A DNA stretch of 62,501 nucleotides from Flavobacteriaceae bacterium (GTDB lineage: Bacteria > Bacteroidota > Bacteroidia > Flavobacteriales > Flavobacteriaceae), in assembly GCA_036396455.1 (NCBI GenBank), contig DASWKU010000318.1, forward strand, positions 1-62,501, in the 5' to 3' direction. Under the pieces are notes generated by a model that was not told the origin of the DNA, ran no database searches, and worked only from the letters and a program-made list of their open reading frames with translations. Within the stretch, counting starts at the first letter, position 1, and every line of letters begins with the position of its first letter. A program made the position numbers and the translations under genes. This document shows, in pieces, positions 39,752 through 48,481 of the stretch.

Positions 39752-41788
39752 TTATCGAATAATAAAAGCTCCCTTTTCATTGGTTATATGGAAAGGGAGC
39801 TTTTGTTTTTTACATGTTGTTTCCCATCTGGCCACATACGATTTGTAATTGCTGCCATCTGCAATGATGAGTTCGGGTTGTAGAGAATCTATTAATCTAT
39901 TGAGATTTATTTTTGGTGAGTTTCTTAAAAGCACATAATTGGGCCTAAAGGTTTTGACCTTATAAACGCCCAAACTATCAACCACCAAAATCTTTTTGTC
40001 ACGGATTTGATAAACAGATTCAATAGTGTCTTCTTCAGTTTTGGTAATGAAATTTCCGATTTTGAAATTTTTGATCACATTATCATGATTCATTGCTACA
40101 CTATCAATATTATGATAGACCTTAAGATTTCTATTGGCTTTTTCACCGATTAAAGTAAACCTGCTTTTATGAAATATGATCAACCCATCGGTTGAATTTG
40201 AATAGTTGTTATAAATAAATACACTTTGCAACAGTAGCACTGAAATTAACATCAACCTTAAATTGAAAAAGGTTTTGTTTTTATAAAATTTCACAAGGGT
40301 CATTATGAGCACATAGCTTACAAAAACTTGAAGGGTTGTAATGGAGATATCCTTGAACAAAAATTGTTCTTGATTGGAAACCCAACTTACAATCGAGTTC
40401 ATTGCGGATATGATTTGACCGTAAATAATTGCAACAAATTCTGGGAGTGCATTTAACAAGGCCAGAATTATCAGGATAATTCCATAGCCAAGAATAATGC
40501 CTAAAAAAGGAATTATGACCAGATTGGAAATAAAGAACAGGCTGGGAAACTGGTGAAAGTAATAAAGGCTTATGGGAACGATTCCGAATTGTGCAGCAAT
40601 GGTAACGGTAAATATTTTCCAGAGAAAATCATATACTTTGAATTTAGGTTTCCAAAGATCATAAAGCAAAGGTTGAATGGCAACGATGCCCAAAACCGCC
40701 AAATAACTTAACTGAAACCCAACATCAAATAAAAACATGGGTTTGAACAGTAGCAAAAAGAATATTGAAATGGCCAAAGTATTATAAACGTTGGTGGGCC
40801 TTTTCCAGTTCATGGCAATAGCGACAATACTGAACATGGTAACCGCTCTTGTAACAGATGCAGATAATCCGGCTATAATTGCAAAACCCCAAAGTATCAA
40901 CAGAATGATGCAGACCTTTATGGCTTTTCCATGGCTAAAATATTCAATGGGCTTAAACACAAAATTTAAAAGCAGCAAAACAATACCAACATGCAAACCC
41001 GAAACAGCAAGAATATGAACTGCACCGGCTTTGGTGTAGCTGTTATAAATTTCTTCACTAATATCTTGGCGTTGTCCTAATAGAAGGGCATTGATGATGG
41101 CCAGTTCGTCAGGTTTAAAATGGTATCGTCTTAATTTAATATTGATGGTTTCCCGTAATGCATCGGCAGATCCAAAAAGCGTATGTCTTTCGGAATTCAA
41201 TTTAAACAATGAAGGATTTTCGGTAAAAATTTGATGATAGACATACTGTTTTTCCAGATAGTTTTTATAATCAAATTGATTGGGGTTTAAAGGATGGATC
41301 AAAGGTTTAAAAGGAGATGATGTCATGAGTATGTCATCAATTTTGTAAGAGGGTTGGGTGGTATCGATAGCAACATTTAAAAGCGATTTTCCCGAAACCG
41401 TCTCATTGTTGATTTTTAAGATATCAATAATGTATTTGTTATAAAAGTTTCCAGGCTTCAGTTTTTCCCTGATCCTGAAAGTGATCCTATTTTCGGTATT
41501 GCTTTCATCTGAAAAATAATTGGAATAATGATGTTTAAAATTGTGCTGATCGTGAAGATTATATACTAAAACCCCTAAACTTATTGTGGTTATAAAAACA
41601 ATGAGCCCAAACCAAATCGTTTTTTTGAGCTGGTTTTTAGAAATAAAGAATGAAATGGTCAAAACAGCTAAACTGATGAACGTTATGACAACGGAACTAT
41701 ATAAAGAAATGGTTGCAAAATGTGCAATTATAATTCCAACACTCAAGCAAAGGGTCAGTTTTAAGATAGTGAAATTGAGCAACTTCAT
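39752..41788 (-). CDS. comEC: ComEC/Rec2 family competence protein
   Basis: NPNQFDY, HILAVSGLHVG, SVTRA..M and GFQLSY. Confidence 0.9.
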   Translation of the reverse strand: MKLLNFTILKLTLCLSVGIIIAHFATISLYSSVVITFISLAVLTISFFISKNQLKKTIWFGLIVFITTISLGVLVYNLHDQHNFKHHYSNYFSDESNTENRITFRIREKLKPGNFYNKYIIDILKINNETVSGKSLLNVAIDTTQPSYKIDDILMTSSPFKPLIHPLNPNQFDYKNYLEKQYVYHQIFTENPSLFKLNSERHTLFGSADALRETINIKLRRYHFKPDELAIINALLLGQRQDISEEIYNSYTKAGAVHILAVSGLHVGIVLLLLNFVFKPIEYFSHGKAIKVCIILLILWGFAIIAGLSASVTRAVTMFSIVAIAMNWKRPTNVYNTLAISIFFLLLFKPMFLFDVGFQLSYLAVLGIVAIQPLLYDLWKPKFKVYDFLWKIFTVTIAAQFGIVPISLYYFHQFPSLFFISNLVIIPFLGIILGYGIILIILALLNALPEFVAIIYGQIISAMNSIVSWVSNQEQFLFKDISITTLQVFVSYVLIMTLVKFYKNKTFFNLRLMLISVLLLQSVFIYNNYSNSTDGLIIFHKSRFTLIGEKANRNLKVYHNIDSVAMNHDNVIKNFKIGNFITKTEEDTIESVYQIRDKKILVVDSLGVYKVKTFRPNYVLLRNSPKINLNRLIDSLQPELIIADGSNYKSYVARWETTCKKQKLPFHITNEKGAFIIR

Positions 41789-41812
41789 AAGTTGAAGTTA
41801 CTAAATTAAGTC

Positions 41813-42379
41813 TTACAAAATACGTCTTGCTTGCACAAATGCGTAGTACCAATACCGTTCTGCCAAATTGGAAATAATAACTCCAGCATTTACGGTTGAG
41901 TGTATAAATTCAACATATCCAGGTCGTACATCGGTGACCAAGCCTACATGGTTTATTTCACGATTGTTTCGTTTTGTGGCAAAAAAAAGGAGGTCGCCTT
42001 TTTCCACCTCTTTAATATCAACCCAGTTCCCAATGGCGGCCATATCTTTTGAGCTTCTCGGTAATGCAATGTCTTCACTTTTAAAGGCAGTAAAGACAAG
42101 ACCTGAACAATCCATTCCTTTTTTAGTGGTACCGCCATATTTATAACTAACACCATCAAATTGTTTCGCAAAATTGATAATGCTGTCTGTTTTTGAATTG
42201 GTGATTTCGGTTGGAGTTTCTGGTGTGGTAATTACTTTTTCCTCGATTATGGAATTTGGATTATCTACTTCCGTTTCTGTATTTATTAAAGGTTCGGATT
42301 TTTTGGTGACAATCCCTTTTGAAGACTTACAACCATTAAAACAGAACACTAAAAGTAGGATTAGGGCAATATTTTTCAT
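41813..42379 (-). CDS. NlpC/P60 (C40) peptidase lipoprotein
   Basis: YKYGG, DCSG, GDLLFF and HVG. Confidence 0.92.
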   Translation of the reverse strand: MKNIALILLLVFCFNGCKSSKGIVTKKSEPLINTETEVDNPNSIIEEKVITTPETPTEITNSKTDSIINFAKQFDGVSYKYGGTTKKGMDCSGLVFTAFKSEDIALPRSSKDMAAIGNWVDIKEVEKGDLLFFATKRNNREINHVGLVTDVRPGYVEFIHSTVNAGVIISNLAERYWYYAFVQARRIL

Positions 42380-42418
42380 TATATATTAATCGTTTAGTCA
42401 ATTAGTTCGTATTTTTTC

Positions 42419-42522
42419 TAACCACAAAGAACACAGAGGTATTACACAAAGCACGCAAAGAGAGGCACTTAGTGTCCCGATAGCTATCGGGATTTGTGCC
42501 TGTTTAGTGAACTTTGTGGTTA
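42419..42522. repeat. Intergenic inverted-repeat element with nested 18-bp palindrome
   Basis: TAACCACAAAG...CTTTGTGGTTA ends, internal (C)ACAAAG reiterations, and TCCCGATAGCTATCGGGA at 42475-42492. Confidence 0.8.
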
Positions 42523-42552
42523 AAGATCTAATAGATGCCCCCATTATATATA

Positions 42553-43671
42553 TTAGGCATTTACAGAATTAAAAATGAGTTCTGCAGTCTTTTCACTTGC
42601 ACCTTTACCGCCCAGTTTCTTTTCCAAATCGTAGTAATTTAAAAAGAACTTAATGCGTTCATAATCATCTAAAATGAGGGCCAGTTCATGTTTTAATCGC
42701 ATTGTATTGAATTCATCTTGGATAAGTTCCGCTACAACTTCTTTATCCATAATTAAATTGACCAACGAAATGAATTTAATATGTTTAACAAGACGCTTGC
42801 CAATTTGATATGATAGCCAACTGCCTTTATAACAGACCACTTCAGGAACTTTAAATAAAGCAGTTTCTAAAGTTGCAGTACCCGAAGTAACCAGAGCGGC
42901 ATAGGAAACACTCAACAGGTCATGGGTTTGGTTGCCAATAAACGCCACATTGGAATTTTTTATAAACGGGCCATAAAAGCTCTTATCCTGACTTGGAGCA
43001 CCGGCGATAACAAATTGATAATCTTTAAAATCATCTACGATGCTCAACATGATGGAGAGCATTTTTTTAATTTCCTGTTTTCTACTGCCCGGTAACAGTG
43101 CAATAATGGGTTTGTCGCTTAACTCATGTTCTGCCCTGAACTCAAATTCATCAACTTGATTTCTACTGCCAATGGCATCAATTAATGGATGCCCTACAAA
43201 CTCGACTGGGTAATTGTGTTTTTCTTCATAAAAATCCTTTTCAAAGGGTAAAATCACGTACATGTGGTCCACATCCCTTTTAATAGCCTTAATGCGGTCC
43301 TCTTTCCAGGCCCAAATTTGTGGAGAGATGTAATATTCAGTCTTAAAACCTTTTTGTTTTGCCCATTTTGCGATACGTAGATTGAAACCAGGATAGTCAA
43401 TAAAAATGATGGCATCAGGATTATAAGCTTCAATATCTTTTTTGCAAAATGAAAGATTTTTGAATATGGTCCTAATATGCAACAGGACTTCCAAAAATCC
43501 CATAAACGCCAATACTTTATAATGCTTAACCAAAGTGCCTCCAACCTGCTGCATAAGGTCACCACCCCAAAATCTAAATTCTGCATCCACATCCTGTTTT
43601 TGTAATGCTTTCATTAGGTTGGAACCGTGTAAATCTCCCGATGCTTCTCCTGCAATGATATAATACTTCAT
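42553..43671 (-). CDS. lpxB: Lipid-A-disaccharide synthase
   Basis: AGEASGDLHG, IDYPGFN, PQIWAW, LLPGSR and SGTATLE. Confidence 0.96.
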   Translation of the reverse strand: MKYYIIAGEASGDLHGSNLMKALQKQDVDAEFRFWGGDLMQQVGGTLVKHYKVLAFMGFLEVLLHIRTIFKNLSFCKKDIEAYNPDAIIFIDYPGFNLRIAKWAKQKGFKTEYYISPQIWAWKEDRIKAIKRDVDHMYVILPFEKDFYEEKHNYPVEFVGHPLIDAIGSRNQVDEFEFRAEHELSDKPIIALLPGSRKQEIKKMLSIMLSIVDDFKDYQFVIAGAPSQDKSFYGPFIKNSNVAFIGNQTHDLLSVSYAALVTSGTATLETALFKVPEVVCYKGSWLSYQIGKRLVKHIKFISLVNLIMDKEVVAELIQDEFNTMRLKHELALILDDYERIKFFLNYYDLEKKLGGKGASEKTAELIFNSVNA

Positions 43672-43683
43672 AAAGTAATTAAC

Positions 43684-43968
43684 TTAATATAAGTTAAGCA
43701 AAAATGTAGAAATGGCAACCAAAACAGTAGCCAACAGTACACCTCTAGCCCTATAGTCTTGTTTCTTTTTAATAAAAATAAAAAAAACCACCAAATTTAA
43801 AATGGCCCCAATGGTAACCAGCTTGCCAAAAATGCCTTCATCCAAAGATTGTTTTAGTGTTGTGCCAATATCTTCCCCATTTCCAAAATAAAGTACAGCA
43901 AGTAAAAGGCCAATACAATTGGAAATCAATCCAACAAAAAAACCAATAAAAATTTCCTTTTTAATCAT
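43684..43968 (-). CDS. Small membrane protein
   Basis: Three hydrophobic segments; overlaps the surE stop. Confidence 0.7.
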   Translation of the reverse strand: MIKKEIFIGFFVGLISNCIGLLLAVLYFGNGEDIGTTLKQSLDEGIFGKLVTIGAILNLVVFFIFIKKKQDYRARGVLLATVLVAISTFLLNLY

Positions 43969-44737
43969 TAAAATTCCAAGTGTTTAAGGTTTGAATACAA
44001 TGATGTGCCGTTAGGTCAAATTGCACGGGAACCACAGAAACGTAACCATTTTGGAGTGCCCATTCATCGGTATCTTCACCATGGTCTAAATTTACAAATT
44101 TACCGGTCAACCAATAGTAAACCCTTCCCTGAGGGTTAGTTCTTTTATCAAACTCTTCTTCCCAATTGGCCCTGGCCTGTCTACAAATTTTAATGCCTTT
44201 AAGTTCTTGTTTTGGCACATTTGGTATGTTAACGTTCAAGACCACATCTTTGGGCAAACCAGCTTTCAAAACATTTTCGACAATGGATTTTATATAAGGT
44301 TTTGTGGCCTCAAAATTAGCATTCCAACTATAATCAAGCAATGAAAAACCAATGGCGGGAATGCCTTCAATCCCAGCTTCTATTGCAGCGCTCATGGTGC
44401 CGGAATAAATGACGTTTATGGAAGAATTGGAACCATGATTAATTCCTGAAACGCACAAATCCGGTTTTCTTTCAAGTATTTGGTTTACGGCCAATTTAAC
44501 GCAATCGGCTGGTGTTCCAGAGCAACTGTACTCTAATTGATTGCCTTGGTCTACCTTAACCTTTTCAACAAACAATGTTGAATTTACGGTAATGGCATGT
44601 CCCATACCACTTTGGGGACTATCTGGTGCAACCACAACTACGTTTCCAATGGTTTTCATGACTTCAATAAGTGTTCTAATGCCTGGGGCAGTAATCCCAT
44701 CATCATTTGTGATTAAAATAAGTGGTTTTCTCGACAT
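43961..44737 (-). CDS. surE: 5'/3'-nucleotidase SurE
   Basis: TNDDG, GTPADCV, SGINHG and YSGTM. Confidence 0.96.
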   Translation of the reverse strand: MSRKPLILITNDDGITAPGIRTLIEVMKTIGNVVVVAPDSPQSGMGHAITVNSTLFVEKVKVDQGNQLEYSCSGTPADCVKLAVNQILERKPDLCVSGINHGSNSSINVIYSGTMSAAIEAGIEGIPAIGFSLLDYSWNANFEATKPYIKSIVENVLKAGLPKDVVLNVNIPNVPKQELKGIKICRQARANWEEEFDKRTNPQGRVYYWLTGKFVNLDHGEDTDEWALQNGYVSVVPVQFDLTAHHCIQTLNTWNFND

Positions 44738-44872
44738 TATTTATTCATTTTTTTAGAACACTAAAATACGTAAAATAGGATATACACGTATATATTATAG
44801 GGTTTAACAAAAAATTAGTAGCCATAGACTTTATTGGCATGATTTTTTCCTTTAATTTAGTCGAAAAATAAT

Positions 44873-47089
44873 ATGAAAGATATTATGAAAAGGAATTATA
44901 AACTTTTGTTGTTGGTTTTGCTGCTTGCATTCGCATCTTGCAGTTTCACAAGTAAAACCTTTGAAGATCCCAATAAGGATAAATTGCTTATTGGTTCAAT
45001 CAGTTATGTTTTGGAAGAAGGACACTATAGCCCTAAAGAATTTAATGATGCTTTTTCTGAGCAGGTATTTATGGGTTACCTTAAACAACTGGATCCATTT
45101 AAACGCTATTTTTATGAATCGGATATAAAAGAATTTGAAGCGTATAAAGATAAATTGGACGATGAGATAAAAAATGAAGAGGTTACTTTTTTTAATTTAA
45201 CGCATCAACGTCTTCTTCAACGAATAGAAGAATCCAAAGCCATTTATAAAGAAGTATTGAGCAATCCATTTGATTATGGCATAAAGGAAGAATTTTTAAC
45301 AGATTACGAAAATCTTTCATACGTGAAATCCAAAAAGGAAATGAAAGAACGCTGGAGACAACAGCTTAAATTTTCAACCATTGCCAATTATGATGATTTA
45401 ATTGCACAACAGGACGACACGTATTCTGATAAAAAAATTTTAGAAAATGTGACCGATCTGAATCCTGATGTTTTTGAAACCAATAAAGAAAAAGAATCAA
45501 AAAGTGAAGTCAAAAAAAGTCTTTCACAACTGGAACAAGAAGCTAGGGACGCAACTTTAAAATCATTAAACGAATTATATGATTTTATAGATGAGAGAGA
45601 GCGCAAAGACTGGTTCGCAGGTTATATTAACGCCATTGTAGAAGAATTTGATCCACATACATTTTACTTTGCTCCAGAAGAAAAGGACCGTTTTGATGTG
45701 GAAATGTCCGGTAATTTTGAAGGAATAGGGGCTAGGCTCCAAAAAAGGATGGATGCCATTTTAGTGAATGAAATCATTAGTGGTGGCCCAGCTTGGAGAC
45801 AAAATGAATTGGAAGTTGGCGATCAAATCCTTAAAGTAAGGCAAGAAAATGAAAAAGAGGGCATTAACATTATTGGAATGCGCTTGGATGATGCCATAAA
45901 GTTTATAAAGGGACCCAAAGGAACCAAGGTGACATTGACCCTTAAAAAAGTGGATGGCACCATTGAAGATTTAACGATTACAAGGGATATTGTTGAACTT
46001 GAGGAAACTTATGCGAAATCTTCAACCGTCATTAAAGATGGAAAAACATTTGGTGTTATTAACCTTCCCAAGTTTTATGTTGATTTTGAAAATTATAAAA
46101 AACGAAACGCTGCTTCTGATATTAAATTGGAAATTGAAAGATTAAAAGAGCAAGGAATTGAAGGTCTTGTGCTGGATTTAAGAAATAATGGAGGAGGTTC
46201 GTTGCAAACCGTTGTTGACATGGGTGGATTGTTTATTAAAAACGGCCCAATAGTTCAGGTTAAAACTACGGGAGCACCTAAAGAAGTTCTTAATGACAAT
46301 GATCGTTCCATAACTTGGGATGGCCCACTTGTTATTTTAGTAAATGAATTATCGGCTTCTGCTTCCGAGATTCTTGCCGCAGCCATGCAGGATTACAAAA
46401 GGGCCATCATTATTGGCAGTAAGCAAACTTATGGAAAAGGAACCGTTCAAAATGTATTGGATCTCAACCGTATAGTTAGAAATAACACCAATGGAGATAT
46501 GGGCGCCTTAAAGTTTACGACCCAGAAATTTTATAGGATCAATGGAGGTTCCACACAATTGGAAGGTGTAAAAAGCGATGTCGTTGTACCTGATCGTTAC
46601 AGTTATATTAATATTGGTGAAAAAGATCAGGAAAATCCATTGAAATGGGATAAAATTGATGCAGTACCTTACGAAACTTGGGAAAATTATTTTGATTATG
46701 ATACCACAATTGCCAAAAGTAAAGAGCGGATGGCCAATAATGAACAACTGAAGCTTATTGATGAAAATGCCAAATGGGTCCAAAAAATAAGGGATAGGGA
46801 AAGTTATTCATTAAATTATGATGACTATAAAGCGGCTTTAAAGATAAATGAAGATGAAGCCAAGCGTTTTGAAAAACTATCAGATTACAAAACTAACCTT
46901 ACTTACAAATCTTTGCCTTATGAAGTAGCGTTAATGGAAAAGGATTCAGTTTTAAAACAAAAGCGTGACCGTTGGCATCAAAACTTAAGTCAGGATGTAT
47001 ATATTGAAGAAGCTTTAAATGTTTTAAATGATTTAAAAATGACTTACGGCATTAAAACAAAAGTTGCCACCACCACTGTAAAAAATTAA
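44873..47089 (+). CDS. prc: Carboxy-terminal processing (tail-specific) protease, S41
   Basis: FEGIGA PDZ region, DLRNNGGG, SASASEI and GKGTVQ. Confidence 0.93.
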   Translation: MKDIMKRNYKLLLLVLLLAFASCSFTSKTFEDPNKDKLLIGSISYVLEEGHYSPKEFNDAFSEQVFMGYLKQLDPFKRYFYESDIKEFEAYKDKLDDEIKNEEVTFFNLTHQRLLQRIEESKAIYKEVLSNPFDYGIKEEFLTDYENLSYVKSKKEMKERWRQQLKFSTIANYDDLIAQQDDTYSDKKILENVTDLNPDVFETNKEKESKSEVKKSLSQLEQEARDATLKSLNELYDFIDERERKDWFAGYINAIVEEFDPHTFYFAPEEKDRFDVEMSGNFEGIGARLQKRMDAILVNEIISGGPAWRQNELEVGDQILKVRQENEKEGINIIGMRLDDAIKFIKGPKGTKVTLTLKKVDGTIEDLTITRDIVELEETYAKSSTVIKDGKTFGVINLPKFYVDFENYKKRNAASDIKLEIERLKEQGIEGLVLDLRNNGGGSLQTVVDMGGLFIKNGPIVQVKTTGAPKEVLNDNDRSITWDGPLVILVNELSASASEILAAAMQDYKRAIIIGSKQTYGKGTVQNVLDLNRIVRNNTNGDMGALKFTTQKFYRINGGSTQLEGVKSDVVVPDRYSYINIGEKDQENPLKWDKIDAVPYETWENYFDYDTTIAKSKERMANNEQLKLIDENAKWVQKIRDRESYSLNYDDYKAALKINEDEAKRFEKLSDYKTNLTYKSLPYEVALMEKDSVLKQKRDRWHQNLSQDVYIEEALNVLNDLKMTYGIKTKVATTTVKN

Positions 47090-47095
47090 ACATGA

Positions 47096-48190
47096 ATGAG
47101 TGAGCACAGTAACTCATTGACACAATTGGCGCTTCAAAAGTTTAAAAAAAACTTTTGGGGCGTTTTTAGTTTATGGATCATCATTGTTATTGGATTGCTC
47201 TCTGTTTTTGCTTACGTTGTTTCACCGGACAATTCCCAAAATGCCAATCAAATGCATTTATCCATTCATTCCAAAAAACCGGGATTCAAGGTGCAAATGT
47301 TGACGGTTCCGTCCAAAATTGAAAATCAGCAATCTTTTGTTTCCAAATTATTTTACGGAATAAAAAACACAGAAACCGAAATTCCAATCACAACCTTTGA
47401 AGTAAGTGAGAATAATTTATTATATACCGAATATGCTTCAGATGGTTTGGAAGGCATTACAAAAACATTGAGCTTAAATGCTTTTCCAAAGCAAAATTAT
47501 AAAAAGTACATTAAAGAAAAGACCTTTATTTTTGGTACCGATAAATATGGAAGGGATTACTTGAGCAGGATATTGATAGGTTCCCGAATTTCATTTTTTA
47601 TTGGATTTATAGCCGTTTTTATTTCTCTGATTATTGGAATCATTATGGGCAGTCTGGCGGGATATTTTGGGGGCAGAACAGATGCTTTAATTATGTGGAT
47701 TATCAATGTGACGTGGTCTATTCCAACTTTGCTTTTGGTGATTGCCATAACTTTGGTTTTGGGTAAAGGATTTTGGCAAGTTTTTATTGCGGTTGGGTTG
47801 ACCATGTGGGTTGAGGTTGCCAGGGTGATCAGGGGACAAATGATCAGTGTAAAGGAAATGCAATACGTTACCGCGGCAAGAGCTTTGGGATTTAACGATT
47901 TTAGAATCATTACTAAGCATATTTTACCCAATATCATGGCTCCGGTCATTGTCATTTCTGCGGCCAATTTTGCGGCAGCCATATTGATCGAAAGTGGTTT
48001 GAGTTTTTTGGGTATTGGAGCCCAACCTCCAATGGCAAGCTGGGGCGCCATGATTAAGGACCACTATAATTATATTATTTTGGGCAAGCCTTATTTAGCA
48101 TTGATTCCAGGATTGTGTATTATGTTATTGGTTATGGCTTTTATGTTGATTGGCAATGCCTTAAGGGATGCCTTGGATGTGAAGAGTTAA
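47096..48190 (+). CDS. ABC transporter permease (OppC/DppC-like)
   Basis: GTDKYGRD, AARALG (EAA loop), HILPN and ESGLSFLG. Confidence 0.9.
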   Translation: MSEHSNSLTQLALQKFKKNFWGVFSLWIIIVIGLLSVFAYVVSPDNSQNANQMHLSIHSKKPGFKVQMLTVPSKIENQQSFVSKLFYGIKNTETEIPITTFEVSENNLLYTEYASDGLEGITKTLSLNAFPKQNYKKYIKEKTFIFGTDKYGRDYLSRILIGSRISFFIGFIAVFISLIIGIIMGSLAGYFGGRTDALIMWIINVTWSIPTLLLVIAITLVLGKGFWQVFIAVGLTMWVEVARVIRGQMISVKEMQYVTAARALGFNDFRIITKHILPNIMAPVIVISAANFAAAILIESGLSFLGIGAQPPMASWGAMIKDHYNYIILGKPYLALIPGLCIMLLVMAFMLIGNALRDALDVKS

Positions 48191-48468
48191 CGTTTCAAAA
48201 CTTCTCTGAATTGATAAAAGAACCGCTCTATAAGACGTAGGTCTTCAGTAATTATTTCGGCAGTGCCTTGCATTTCCTGTTTAAATTCAATACCCTATCA
48301 TAAGAAGTTATAAGTTATAGGCTTTTGAGGTAATGTTACGGCTATGTGATATAAACCATCACTGCCTGAAAGAAGGAATATATTTAATATTTTTCTGGTT
48401 AATATTCCATACCCAGTATCAGGATAATTTTCCAGTTTTATGTTCACGTTTTGCCCTATTTTTATTTT
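48187..48468 (-). pseudogene. C-terminal relic of an HlyD-family secretion adaptor
   Basis: Manual minus-strand translation KIKIGQNVNIKLENYPDTGYGIL.. / ..IEFKQEMQGTAEIITEDLRLIERFFYQFREVLKR*, broken by a stop/frameshift near 48300, with no N-terminus. Confidence 0.78.
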
Positions 48469-48481
48469 AATAATATGGTTG

